Positions 1 through 13,000 of a stretch of DNA of 64,000 nt are shown piece after piece. The stretch is taken from positions 4,853,976 through 4,917,975 of the forward strand of contig OZ316897.1 of assembly GCA_973895155.1 (NCBI GenBank), in the 5' to 3' direction. This DNA comes from Marsupella aquatica. Its lineage: Eukaryota; Plantae; Marchantiophyta. A program made the translations under genes and the position numbers. The stretch's first letter is position 1; each line of letters starts with the position of its first letter. Below the pieces are notes generated by a model. That model had not been told where the DNA came from, did not search any database, and was given only the letters and a program-made list of their open reading frames with translations.

Positions 1-1608
1 TCACTTGGCAAGCTAGTCCTGAACTGTGTCCAGACCCACGCACAAAACAGGCTGAATTAGAAGTCAGAAGAATAATTCAACTCACAAAGATTATGGAAAC
101 CATACCTGATTCATTCGCAGATACAACAAATGTTACTAAATCTCATATCCCAGCAGCGAATACCCCATCCCGGATTCAAATTGGAGCTCAGTTAGCTTCT
201 GATCAACAACTAAAACCCAAGAGAGGACGCCCTCTAGGGGCTGTTGATAAACAACTCAGACAAAGGCGAAAACTACCAACATCATCTGAAATGAGACCTG
301 AAACTCATACTCACATTTCAGAATCATATCACCCAGAGATAGCCATACATTATAATACCACTAGCCACATCTTAAATAGAACCAGAGTAATACCTGATGA
401 TCAATTTGCTTTTCATATATCACAGGATATTACTAATTTACCTAACCTGAAATCTGTCAAAGAAGCACAAAACCAAACAGATTGGCCTAATTGGAAAATA
501 GCCATGAACTCTGAGTTAGACTCTATGATCTCTAGAAAAGTATTTGGTCCTATAACCATTGCTTCTCCAGACCAACACAGACCAACACCTTACAGGGTAC
601 AGAATCATATTTACCAAAAAGAGGAATTCCCAAGGAGTAATTGTGAGATATAAAGCTCGACTCGTTGCAAAGGGATATACTCAAATCTATGGCACAGATT
701 ATGACCTAACATATTCACCAGTCATGGATGTAACTACCTACCGCTACTTGATAGCATTTGCAATCCAACACAAACTCTTAATGCATCAACTAGATGTGGT
801 GACCACTTATCTCTACGGTCAACTTGACACTGTGATTTATATGGAAGCTCCACCATAGCTTATAGAACGTGTCAATTTCCATGCAAATTCAAATCATGAT
901 TCAAATATGCATAGTAACAAACATGCAAATGAATTTGACTACTTAAATAAGTTGGTACTCCACAATACCTCTAAAGCAATTGCATTCCAGGGAACTCCTG
1001 GAAATAGAAAGACTCAATTTGCTATTCAAGTTCTTCGTTCACTGTACGGCCTAAAACAAAGTGGACGTACCTGGTACCAGCGTTTCAAAATAGAGATGAT
1101 ATCCATGGGATACAAAAATTCAGAGATTGCACCTTGTCTATTCATAAAGAATCAAGGACCTGAATTCATAATAATTGCTATTTATGTAGATGACCTCAAC
1201 TTGTTTGGTACAACCAAGATGATGCAAGAATCTTACTATACAAACGCTGCAACGCGTATTCAAAATGTGGGATTTAGGAAGAACTTCTTACTGCATTGGA
1301 CTTCAATTTGAACATTTATAGACGGACATTCTCTTGCATCAAGAGACTTACACAAAGAAGGTGTTAAAACATTTCCACATGGACTCGTTAAAACCTGAAG
1401 TCCCCCATGGATATACGTACCTTGGACATACAGAAAGATATGTTCAGGAAGAGAGAAGATTTCGAACCTTTACTAGGTTCAGATATGCCATACCTTTCGG
1501 CTATCGGTGCTCTTATGTTTTTATCTAATCAAACTTGACCGGACATTGCATTTGCGGTCAACTTACTCGCAAGACACAGCGCACAGCCCACGATCAGACA
1601 CTGGAATA
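1..1608 (+). mobile_element. Degenerate Ty1/copia LTR retrotransposon pol fragment (integrase-RT linker, RT, start of post-RT region)
   Basis: Consecutive ORF pieces give copia RT motifs: WKIAMNSELDSM, RYKARLVAKGYTQIYGTDY, QLDVVTTYLYG, SLYGLKQSGRTW, IYVDDL, and PYLSAIGALMFL...PDIAFAVNLLAR near 1490-1570. The frame is broken by frameshifts and stops such as TAG at 856-858. Confidence 0.95.
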
Positions 1609-1764
1609 CTATGATTGGGTATACTAACTATAGTTAGAATCCATGGTTAACTCTAACCAGAGTTACCATATGTATATATTCTCTCCTTGGAATAGAAGAT
1701 CATATCATTGTTGGTGTATGTGGTTTGTAACAGAATGAATTTTTTAATTAATTTCTTCATCTTG

Positions 1765-2059
1765 GGCAGGTGCGGGCAGGCTAAAGGGCATCTTGGACAA
1801 ATGTTTATTTTAGATGGGGTATATGGATATATCTAACGGTGTTAAAAAACCAATGTTTCGATGAAAGGTCAAAATTGGTTTCAAAATTGAAAGTGTTTAT
1901 CTGGCGTGCTCTTGCTTTGAGACTCTTCACTGGTTCCCGTGCTCTTCGTATTGGGAAATCGGATAAAAGATGTGGTTTTTGCCCAGGTTTTGTTGAGACC
2001 ATTCCCCATCTATTCTTTGCATGCCCGTATGCCAACTAGTGTTGGCGGACTACCCACGG
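1765..2059 (+). mobile_element. LINE (L1-like) ORF2 C-terminal zf-RVT relic, 5' part
   Basis: KLKVFIWRAL...RCGFCPGFVETIPHLFFACPYA matches the plant L1 zf-RVT pattern (K-x-K-x-F-x-W...C-x-x-C...E-x-x-x-H-L-F-x-x-C). Confidence 0.8.
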
Positions 2060-2185
2060 TGTCGTGATTTTCTCTTAAGTTATAAAAAATTGTTTGTTTT
2101 AATATGCTATAAATTATATAAGTAATTTAGTAGTTAGATTATTAAATTTAAACTTTATTAAACTTCTTTAGCTATATTAACGGAC

Positions 2186-2435
2186 TATAGTAGTTCCACC
2201 AATGCATATGAGTAGTTTCACCAACTACAATAATATTCACCAACGCATAGTAGTTCTACCAACGCACAGTAGGTCCACCAGCGCATAGTAGTTCTATCAA
2301 CGCAAAGTAGATCCACCAACGCACAGTAGGTCCACCAACGCATAGTAGTTCGACCAACGCACAGTAGGTCCACCAACGCATAGTAGGTCCACCAACGCAT
2401 GGTAGTTCCACCTACTAAAAGTAGTTTCACCAACT
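2186..2435. repeat. Minisatellite, ~18-20 nt unit (TAGTAG[G/T]TCCACCAACGCA), about 12 degenerate copies
   Basis: Directly visible repeats of ccaccaacgca[t/c]agtag. The minus-strand ORF 2218-2433 has the repeated peptide TTMRWWTYCALVDLLCV. Confidence 0.9.
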
Positions 2436-3340
2436 ATGAACAGTACTAGCACACTCTTAGGTATTAGATGTTTGACACTTGGCCTTCATCCAAGTGCTTG
2501 GGCTTGATCCATGCCCTCTTGGTGTGCACTATAAATAAAGTGGTGAGGGGCACTCTCCCCTCATTCCGCAGTATTTATCATTCAAGGTTGTGAAGCTCTT
2601 TTGTGCCTTGAACATAGTAGTGGGGCGTCCTATGGCCCGGATAGCAAAGGAATGAGTGGTAGACTTATAGATGGGACCTTAGGGAATAAGGTTTCTTTGG
2701 GAATATATGGGTGGGGCGTCCTTTGGCCCGGATAGCAAAGGAATAGGAGAGCCATCATGAATCCAGGAGAGAGAGTTATCCTTGATCTTCCCCTTCATAA
2801 TCCATTTTTGATTAGAGTCCATCTTTTAGACAAACCATCTATGAGGCAACATCTAACCTATCATTTTGGAGCTCAGTTTGCAACTGCTGTTATGGTTTCT
2901 AACGAGCCAATAATATACCCAGTGGTGTCGTACCGAGAGGAGTGGGAGTGCATCATCTTTGTCCTTTATTGAAGTCATGGATCTGAATAGGAGTCCGGAT
3001 GATATTCCTGTTTCATTTTCTCTTGGAGATATTAGGATCATATGTCGTAAGAAAACTAATTTTCGTGATGTGTTGGTCCGCAAGTATGGTGAAGTAGGGT
3101 TTAACAGTATTTTAGTTTCACCTGAACCTTTCTTAATACCCACTACCCTTGTTACTAGAATTATCATTTTGATTTTAGTGTAGAACTTATGAGCATGCAA
3201 GGTTAACTTCAAAAGAGCCAACATGCTCTTGCCAAAAAACACGGTCACCTGGACAACGGGCACTGGTTGAATGTTGCTTGCACTGGACCTAGATTTAAAA
3301 CTAGTGAATTTGTTGCACACTTGCCAAAGATCTAGGTTCA

Positions 3341-3560
3341 GTAATACTCTTAGGCTCTTTCTGATTTACCAGGTAATGTGGAACATATGGCTTGCATGAA
3401 ATGGCCAGACCTTCACATTTAGGAACCGTCAAGCATGTAACCAACATGCGACTCTTGCCAAAGCTCTTGATCACATGTTTGCTGCGGGTGCGGCTTCTGT
3501 CCCAGGGACTAGGTTTGTGAGGAGATATGCATAAGATTGGAGGGCTTGCTTCCTTGTTAC
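3341..3560 (+). mobile_element. LINE ORF2 C-terminal relic, 3' part
   Basis: Translates as LRLFLIYQVMWNIWLA(W)NGQTF, the W-x-I-W-x-x-(R)-N-x-x-x-F motif that follows zf-RVT in plant L1s. It is separated from the 5' part by a ~1.3 kb insertion. Confidence 0.6.
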
Positions 3561-3807
3561 CTTTTACCTATGCTATGATGCTTATAGGTAGCTTATCCTT
3601 TATTGGTTTCCCCTTTTTAACACGGGATTTTATTCAAAAGATGTTATTCCGGAACTGGTTACTTGAGGCAAGAGAAGTACTTGTTGTGGAACGAGCTCGT
3701 CTGTGAAGGCTTGGTTCCAGGCCTCTCTAGCTCTCCCGGGATCTGTGATTGAGGTCGATTCTTTTTGCTGGTTGAGTTGGAGGAATCACTTCCCTGCTTG
3801 TTTTGGA

Positions 3808-4140
3808 CTCGGGGGGGGTCACTTCCACGGAAGTGGCACATCACGTGCGACGAAGTATAGGCCCATTTAAATGGGTGTGGCGGAAGACTTGCAAAGTTTG
3901 GTGGAAGAACACATAGGGCATGTTTCATTGACTGGTTGACTTTAAAGAACACATAGGCCTATTTAATTGCAAAAAATACTTTCTTTAAAGTTTTTAGGGG
4001 TTTTTTTAAGAAAAAATGACAAAATTTAAAGAAAGAAAAGGCTTTGCAAAAAAATATTTTTCACTTAAAAGTTAGGGGGGTCAAACCCTAAAACGTCGCA
4101 CGCGATGTATGGCCCTCCATATCGTGACCCCCCCCCCGAG
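3808..4140. mobile_element. MITE-like non-autonomous DNA element, 333 bp, imperfect ~45-bp TIRs, 8-bp TSD
   Basis: The left end CTCGGGGGGGGTCAC...ACATCACGTGCGACG is the inverted copy of the right end CGTCGCACGCGATGT...GTGACCCCCCCCCCGAG. The flanking direct repeat GTTTTGGA lies at 3800-3807 and 4141-4148. Confidence 0.9.
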
Positions 4141-4888
4141 GTTTTGGAACTGATCTCCTCGCACCTAGGATGCACTCCCTTGTCCCTGACACCAGTTACT
4201 CTGTCCTTGTGGATGGATTTTGCTCCTCTCACCTGGGACTGCCTTACTCATTTTTTTCTTTGTTTTGGTTTTGCTTGGATTTGTTGTAAGGGATTGGCGA
4301 TCCACTGTTACTTTGAGATACAGTATGAATGGGTTGGGGTGCTCAGGCTGCGATATTTTTGGGGTGCCCTGTCCCTACTTATGTTCCTTTTGCCCTTTTC
4401 CATCCTCTGGATGTTGTTTTACCCTTTTGGCCTGCGCGTTTTCCGGTCCGTGGGTTTCATCCGGAATAAAGTGGAAATTTAATTAATTATTTTTTTTATA
4501 AGGTCACAATTGGTTCACACTTTTTTATGAGGGAAAGGGTATTATAGTGGTGAAAATGGTAAAGGGAGGAACGTTTTACATGCATGGATGGCTTCCTATG
4601 CATGGATAGTACCAAAAGGACTCTCCTACATTGGTAGCCCACTTTTCTTGCTTGAAAAACAGTGCCACTTTTCCCTTCACACTAAATGTATTTAATTTTT
4701 TAATTAGTCCTGCTCTTTGTCACATTGTTTACTTTTTTGGCCATGCATGGATGGTCACAATATAAAAGGGCCGGACCTTGTATTATAATTCTTGATGATC
4801 TGACTAGATAAGTCCAAATATAAATACAATACTTTTCTTCTACATAAATACAAATAAAGCTCCTTTGACTTAAAAGAAAAAAATAAAA

Positions 4889-6010
4889 GGCAGTTGTGTC
4901 CCAATTTGTGACTATCTTCTTTGGAAAATTAATCAATGGCTAGCTTTGGGTTTGTTTTATTCTCAACTTTGACCTTCATCAATAGTGAGATTTTAACAAA
5001 GTATACCAGCATTGAAGTGTACAAATAAAGCTTCTTCTCGGGCTTCTTGAGGCATGTGGGTATGAAAAAATCTCAATTATAAAGTGCCAACTACAAGCTA
5101 GAGTTGGGGCCTAGGCTTCTAGAGTGAAGCCTCTAGACCGTAACTCCGGGCGGGGCTCATCATGTGGATGGGAAACCTTATGACCATGATGTATGTCAAA
5201 TGATAAGCATGTATGCATTTTGTCATGATTTCTATTTACATTCAAAAATGGACTTTATGGCCAACATAACATATGTGTATAGAAAGAGTGATTTGTATAG
5301 AAAAGAGTATGGTATTTTAACTACATTGCCACTAAAGATGTTTGAATTTACAATATTGCCACTGTTTTTTTAGTATTTACAAAAATGTCATGGTTTCCAT
5401 ATATAGTTCCCCTAGTTACCTTGGTAAACTTGTTATCCGTATATAAAGCAGTGGCATTTTTTTAAATACAGAAAAAACAATGGCAGTATTATGAATTATA
5501 ATATCTTTAGTGACAAAGTAATCAAAAGCTGATGTTTATATATGATTATTAAAATGATTACATGTATGATGGTTTTTTTATGATTTCATTAACCTTCAAA
5601 GAATGTGAATAAGGAATATATATATGTTGGTGATATTTTTATTGTACTCCCCTCTATTCACGTTCAAAGAACAGGTAGTTGGGGCTAGTTACAATTAATA
5701 TGTGTTAGCTGGCTTGAAGTAACAACTTGTTGGATGTCCTTGTGCACACTCTTCAGAATTTTCTTATGAGAACTCTAAGTGAATTGCAAGAGTGTGATTC
5801 CCCACCAGTCTAGCAAAACTTGCTTGTGCACCAAAGCTGAGTAATCCAACTTCATCATTTACATCATCTTTGTGCTTTTTAAAATGTTGGTATACTTTGT
5901 TAAAATCTTAGTACCCATGAAGGTCAAAGTTGAGAATAAACAAATGCAAATTAAGCTAGCCATTGATTAGTTTTCCAGACAAGAGTGTCACAAATTGGGC
6001 CATGCCTGCC
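4889..6010. repeat. ~125-bp inverted repeat pair (4889-5013 and 5883-6010) around an ~870-bp spacer
   Basis: The reverse complement of ...ttattctcaactttgaccttcat...gattttaacaaagtatacca matches tggtatactttgttaaaatc...atgaaggtcaaagttgagaataaa...gtcacaaattggg. Confidence 0.85.
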
Positions 6011-6772
6011 TTCTAAGCCAATTTACAAGAGAAGCCAATTTACCTTAAGCCAAGTTGAATTTGGCAGATCAAACCTGCATGAGCTGACCTCACCTAAGCC
6101 AATCTGACAAGAGAAAACCTTGCCTAAGCCAAGTTGGCCTTTGCCAACCTACTCGATCCAAGCCTACCTCAAAATTTAGGCCAATTTTGTCCATTTTTAA
6201 TTTCATTTATATTAATTAAAATAGGTGTGAGTCTACTAAGTAATTATAGTATTGACATAGCCCTATACTGTGGTAAAAGCTCAGTACTACTGGAGCCTGA
6301 AGTTGAGAAATAAAAATAGGCAAAGATAGCCAATGATCAGTTTGCCACACTACACAAATGTCTTCTAAGGTGATTTACCTGAGATGACTTCACCTAAGCT
6401 GACATTAAGTCAATCTGACCTAAACAGATTTAACCTCAACCAACCTTACCTAAGCCAAAGTGACCTTAGCTGACGTTACCTACGCTGAGTTTGAAACTTA
6501 GACCATGGTCGTGCATTTTTACTTAGTTCCATTTCTACTTGATTTAACCGTTGAAAGTTTTTAAAGCTCATGGAATAGACATGGTGGTATACGCTGGTAA
6601 AATCTTAGTACCAACAGAGCACACAGTCAAGAATTAAAAATAAGGCAAAGACAGCCAACATTTGATTAGTTTGTTGCAAAAGACATAAATTAAATGCCTT
6701 CTAAGCTAATTTGACCTAGGCAGATCCAACCTGAGCCGACCTCACCTAAGCTGATCTGACCTAATTAAGCCG
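5883..6772. repeat. Three degenerate ~330-370-bp tandem units with internal CCTAAGCCAA-like short repeats
   Basis: Unit heads tatac...taaaatcttagtac...gagaat/aaa...agcca recur at ~5891, ~6262 and ~6587, each followed by cctaagc/acct-rich blocks. Confidence 0.7.
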
Positions 6773-9700
6773 TTCATTATGCAAGTGCTTGTGCTCTTGT
6801 TTGTTTGGGTTTGAGTGGTCTTTGCCCTCTTTCCCCCTCTATTCTAAGAACATATTTCCAGAGAAAAACAAAAAACAATTCAATCAATCTATGCATCAAT
6901 GTGATTTGGAAAAAGTAGTAAAAACTTAAACCTAGTAAGTCTTTCCATGATATGTGAAGGGTTGTGAAGTGAACAGTTGTGATTCTTCACGACCAGTTAT
7001 ACTTTCAATGTTGTTTTGCATATGGAAGGACATCCTTATTGTTAGTACGTTATGTCGAGATAAAATTGGACAATATGTTGTCACATGGAACTAGTGTATA
7101 ATATACAATTTTTCTTGACATAGAGATGTTTGGTTCATCCAGTTTAGGGTGCATCCATGACCAAAAGAAAATATCACTACACACTAACACCATACATAGG
7201 CAAGTCACAAGCTGAGCTCCATGACACAATACTCTTATCTCTCTCAAGTCTCCAACACTTGACCATTGATCTAACAAATGTTACTCAATGTTAATGCTCA
7301 ATGTTACTAAGAATTCCCAACTAGACCCACATACTGGTGGTAGAACTGGTTGATCATTTTTTTTTTTATAATTTTGAGAATCAAGAATAGGTACACAGGA
7401 AAGTGAGTCCCCCTGTGCATGCCTCTTTGTTTTAGTTACGGGTGTCTTGGAATTAATTTTGGACTGGAATTTTTCCTGAATTTTTTCATAAGTGTGGACC
7501 ACACTATTATGTGGTGAGGGTAGTCTAGGCCAGTTTCAGCAGAAATAGTACTAATTATGGTGGGTTTTTGATTAATTGTTTTTGGGGTTGCAATCAGCTT
7601 TCAGGTGCAATTATACAGTTAGACTAGCTCAATGCCCATGCAAAGCATGATTAGTGAGGTAAGGCAAGGAGGATGAGGCACAGATGGCAAGGCAGAGAGT
7701 ACGTGGGAAGACAAACAGGAGGTGGTTTTTGGCGAATTGAACAGTGAAGAAAAACATGGTTTCAACAAATGGCCATGATTTCTTCCTGCCCAAATGACAT
7801 TTTGTAAGCCTATAGGAATGGGCAGGATCCCATATTTGTAGCGTTTGATTAGATAATTCTAATTTTGCTTTGCATAATACTGTTTGGACTGTAACGTGAC
7901 CCCAAAGCAAAATCAATCAAAACAATCAGGGAAGAAGACACATGCATGCGTTGGCATCACGGGCAAGGGATCGAGCAAAAGAGAACACAAGCAAATGGGA
8001 TAGCGCACCAATGGTAGGACTTGTCACATGTGACAGATTCTGGGTTTCAAGGCCTATGGTCTAGAGTGAAACCTTCACCGTGACTCTAGGGGCGTAATTG
8101 AAGTTAAGGGGCTAATGGAAAAACAAGGGCGGGGGCAAGGTGAGTCTTTGAAAATGAAGTAGTGGGTTCAAATATACCTACCAGTATTTAAGTTATGCGC
8201 ACTATTAGTTCTAATTCACAATTAATAGTGATAACTTTGATTAAAGCTTGACGGGCGAAATTTGGAGCTACACAAATCCAAATAGTGTAGCAAGAACAAT
8301 TTAGGTGAACAGTGAAGCCCCGTCTTGAAGAAGAGAAGACAGCAACCTGGAGCCGCGAAGGTAAAGATGGGGCAGAGAGTCCCGATCTTACGCAGAAATG
8401 GTCGGACTGGCAAGTGACAATCAGACATCCAAGGGTTTGCATGCCGTTCCTCGGAAGCAGAATATGGAATTCGCGCTTCTGCCCTGAATCTGGAGTTGAT
8501 GCACCGAGGCTGCAGTTGAAGGTTCGTCAGTCGAACAGAACCCTAATCACCACGGAGTGATCTTCATGAGGTATTCACAAATAGTTTCGTCTCGCAAATT
8601 CTGAATTCACAGCTGGTTCTAGTTTCCAGAAAGAATTTCCACGTTCACGTGGCTGGTACCGGCTCCTAATGCGTTGTTGGACAATACTTCGCGAAGAGTA
8701 GCTCGATCTCTGCCCTCGCCAAGCTATGCGCTCCGCTTTCTGCACCAGTAATCAATGAAGATCCGTTTGTACACCTGTATCGGAAACACCGGAATTCTTA
8801 GGAAAGGTTATTCTTTTGGCTTTCGGTATGTGTTTTGTCCAGACACTGCTTTCTTCCACTGCCTCACTGAGCTTCTTTGTCAATCTGCTTGGCCTTTAGG
8901 GCTACAGTAGGGCAAAGTGTTGAGAGTGTTCAATTGAATTCTGTGTGATCTTGTGAACAACCAGTGTCTTTAATTTACTGTGTGTGCTGTCTGTAGATTC
9001 TAAATCATTTTGCACTCCGCGAGATAATCTACCGTGAGTTCGGTCCACAAATTATTGTTCCTCGAAATCCAGCGTTTCGTCACGTACAAGCAACTGAATT
9101 GAAGTGGATAGTCTAACTGCTCTTGACACAATAGAAACTTAATCACCAAATACTGTTCATTCCTGCCGTCCTGGCCTCAGGTTATCTAAGGGAAACGATT
9201 AAGCTCTTCATAAACTCTATCTTGGCTCAATTGTCGGTCCGTGCTTAGCTGAGCAATTACCCCTATCAGTTGAAGGGCTTGCCTCCGCTCCTGTATTATG
9301 ATGAGTCATTGTAGTATGTCGCTTGTCGCTGCTCGGTAAACCCTTCAATTCCTTCCAAGGCATGGTTCTCTTCATTGGCCTCTCCGGTTTGTAAGGGCTG
9401 CTCATCTTTCTCACATCGATTGCTGTTCTTTGTAGTTCCGCTCGAGAGGGCGTCCTTGACATGTAGGTTTGGTTGGTTTTACAGTATATGATCGAGCTTC
9501 GATTGACCTTTTGTTGTCGAATTACTGAAGTATTTTTCGTACATAACTTGTGTTTTAAATCCCTAAGCTTGTTCTGCCGGTGTCTAATGTTCATACCTCC
9601 GTTCGATGTCCGCCCTTCTTCTCGCTCCGGCTATTTTTTTGGCTTGGAAGCTTGATTCGAAGAGTGTCTGTTCAGCTAGTCAAGCTGTCCATCTACTGGC

Positions 9701-10061
9701 TTCTTTGCTCGTCACTGCCCAGGACCTCGCTGCGCTTAGTCGTTCCAGCAAATATTTTTGTTTCGCGGGTATTTTCCATGAGGAGAACGATGAAGCTTCA
9801 TCATATTAGCTGAGTCGCTGGTATTTGCTTCGCTGGTCAGTTGGAACGAAAGAGCAAGAGAGAGAAGGAGAATGGATTGGACTATGGATTGATGACGCAC
9901 TTTAGCATCTCCTACTTCCAGTACTGTACTGAAACACTATCCTTCGTTTTTGACCAGGAGACAGGTTGGCCACGAGAAGGAGGGGAAAAACTAACGAAAA
10001 GCTACTTAGAGTCTGAGGGAGAGTGAGAGATCGGAGCTACTGGTTGGACAGATATGTGAAG

Positions 10062-13000
10062 ATGGAGGAGTATAAGAATGGATCGGCATTCATCCAGCTG
10101 CTTTTGGCATTTTTGACGGCGGTCTTGGGAATCATTGTATCCTACAGCATATTCTCTAAACGACATAAGTCGGAGACCCTTAAGGAGTCTGCTGCTGAAT
10201 TAGCTGCTCCGTCGCAGGCCCCCGTGCCGAAGAAGAAGGCAGTCCAGGTTTCGAAGAAGAATGTTGCTTCTGCGAAGCAAAAGGCTCTTGCAGCGGAGAA
10301 GGTTCGAATTCTCATGTTCGAAGTAATTTGAGTTGAATCGAATTATGCATCATGAAGAATTAGATTGTTTATTCTGCTTAACTCAGAACGCAGGCGTCTT
10401 GTGCCACATAATCAGGCTTGGGGATTCTACACCCTCGTGCATCTTGTATATCTGATTGCATTGAGCTCTTGTGAAACTTCAAAATGAGCTGTACTGTTTT
10501 GTACTGAAAGTCGCTTACATTCTGGCCACGTACAACAGGCACATCAACCGCGCCATCACCTGGATCTTGTCACTCTGAAAGGTCACGGCGATGCTGTCAC
10601 CGGTGTCGCTTTTACGTCGAACGGTCGAGGGCTAGCTACAGGTGTTTACCCTGCCTTATATTAACAGTAGGGACTCAGTTGAGCTTAGTCCTCATATGTG
10701 TACTCCCTTTGACGCTATACATCTCGACGTACGGGAATTTGTTTGCAGGAGGAACAGTGACAGTTTGCAAGATGATCTACATCCATGTGGTAGTTGTCAA
10801 AGCACACTTGAACGGCTTTCGGATCATTCTGTGTATTTATTGAACTGCTCAGATTTTTGTCCGTCGAGTTTTTCTCATAACTCTGACCAGCCGTCGCAAC
10901 GACTAGTCAATGGTTTCTTCTTTTCTAGTGGCTGGGGATTCCTTACCTGCATCATTTGGGTTCCGGTTGTTTTGGTTCAGCTTGTGCAGATCAGGTGGTC
11001 CGAGTCTTCAAACTGGAGGATGCGTTCAGTAAAAGTTTTAAGTATGTCTACCGATTCCGGTGATTCTGCATGCACTAGTCCATTTCTTTTTCCGCAATAT
11101 TTCGCTGCTCGTGCATTGACCATATGGTTTTTATCTATCTTGCTCGGACCTTCGCGTTTTGGTATTTAGGTTGTGAGGCGGGACACTGTATATGTCTGGG
11201 AGTATCTCTTCGTTAGTCTTAAGTGGTTGTAGCTGGTAGAGACGTCAAGTATGGAATCATTTTGAGATCGCGTCAGATATCAGTCAGATTCTTCGCTATG
11301 CTGCTCATTGACAAAATGTTAGGAGATATGTAATCTCGATGGTCGATATAATTCGGTCCGTTTGTACTTCTGGCCCGTCAAGAAGCTACGAGTGCATGTC
11401 TAGCTTGTCGTGTTTTTTATGCGTTATTTCCTATTTGCTTTCTTAAATGGCATGACATTGGTGTGGGAATGCATCTTATGGGCACAGATTCTTACTCTCT
11501 TCCCATGTCAATCAGGTTTCTGCGCCTTAATCTGCCAAGAGCTAACACCCCAACTGGTGTTGCATTCGGGGAAGGTGCTTCACAGTTGGTGGTTTCTACC
11601 CAGGACATTGGAGGAGCAGGTTTGTGTATGTATGCTGCTGGTAATGGAAAGGCCGCAGCAGAAGCAAAGGCTCAGGGAAAGCTACCCCTTCCAGAAATTA
11701 AATGGGATAAGCAACACATTCATGGGGAAAATAACATCACCACGTTGGTAGGTGCCTCTTCAAGTTACGGTAGTGGTGATGGGAGCGTCATTGTGGCTAC
11801 ATGTTCGGAAGGTCAGTCCCTCCTGAGATTGATTGGTTAGTGATGTACATTATTCTTCTTGTTCTTTGCGAATCTCGTGCAGAACTGAATCTACGTTTTT
11901 AGAAACTGCTGAGGATTCTTGTTTTTCTACTATCGCCCCTGCAATGTGATATCTGTTCATTTTGAGTGACTTAATATCCTCAAGTGACCGAGTTTCACGC
12001 CTGAGCTTGTTTTGACAGGTACTGATATAAAACTGTGGAAAGCTGAAGACGGCAGATGTGTTGGCACAGTTGATACCAATCAGTTGAAAAACACCATGGC
12101 AGCACTTTCTACTGATGGTCGGTTCCTTGCTGCAGCGGCATTCACTGCAGATGTGAAGGTCTGAATTCTACGTCCTGTATTTATAAATGTCGACATTGTT
12201 TACTTGGCAATAATTCTTGACGTATTCGAATTAGTCATATCAGTTCTCAACGATTGAAAGGTATCACAACGTGATACCTAAGATGACTTGTTGTGTTGGC
12301 CCAGGTTTGGGAACTGATATATTCCAAGGATGGTCAAGTGCAAACCGTCAACAAGGTTATGCAACTAAAGGGACACAAGGTGAAAAGCTTGGAATGCATT
12401 GTTGATATCACTTCAGTATATTAGATGTAGGCTTGCATGGCGTGGGCGTTGCAAATAAGTTAGTGATGTTACATTAAGTTGATGGTTTATAGACTGATTG
12501 CCGATTGACTGCTTTTCGTTATTTCTTTATAAAAGCAGTAGGACATCCTTATCCCGGTAGGAACTCAGGAGGTGGTCGTTTCAAGCTCTTTGGAAGTGTG
12601 GATTCTTCAAACCATATTTACTACTACTGAGGCTGAGTTTCGGTTGATTACAGAGTGCTGTAACCTGGCTCTGCTTCACTTGGGACTCTGAACGTATCAT
12701 CACTGCATCCAAGGATGGAACAGTAAGAATATGGAATATCAATGGTCAGTGAGTTTGCCTCTATTGCAATTCTAGGAATTGATTGCTATCTCGCTTTGCT
12801 CGCTGTGGCAGTCACCTTTGAAGCCACTCTTTTACGTTTTCTGATATGATTGCTTTCTGATTTCAGTTCGATATCAGATGGACGAAGATCCGAAGTGTCT
12901 GAAGGTGTTCTCAATTCCCTTACTAGATGCCAAAGGAGGAGTGGTACTATATGAGAGACTTGCAATATCTCCTGACGGCAAGGTTTTGGCAGTGAGTCAT

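Noticed and set aside
2186-2435. CRISPR-like array
   Set aside because: The units are contiguous with no unique spacers, there are no cas genes, and the context is eukaryotic. It is a minisatellite.
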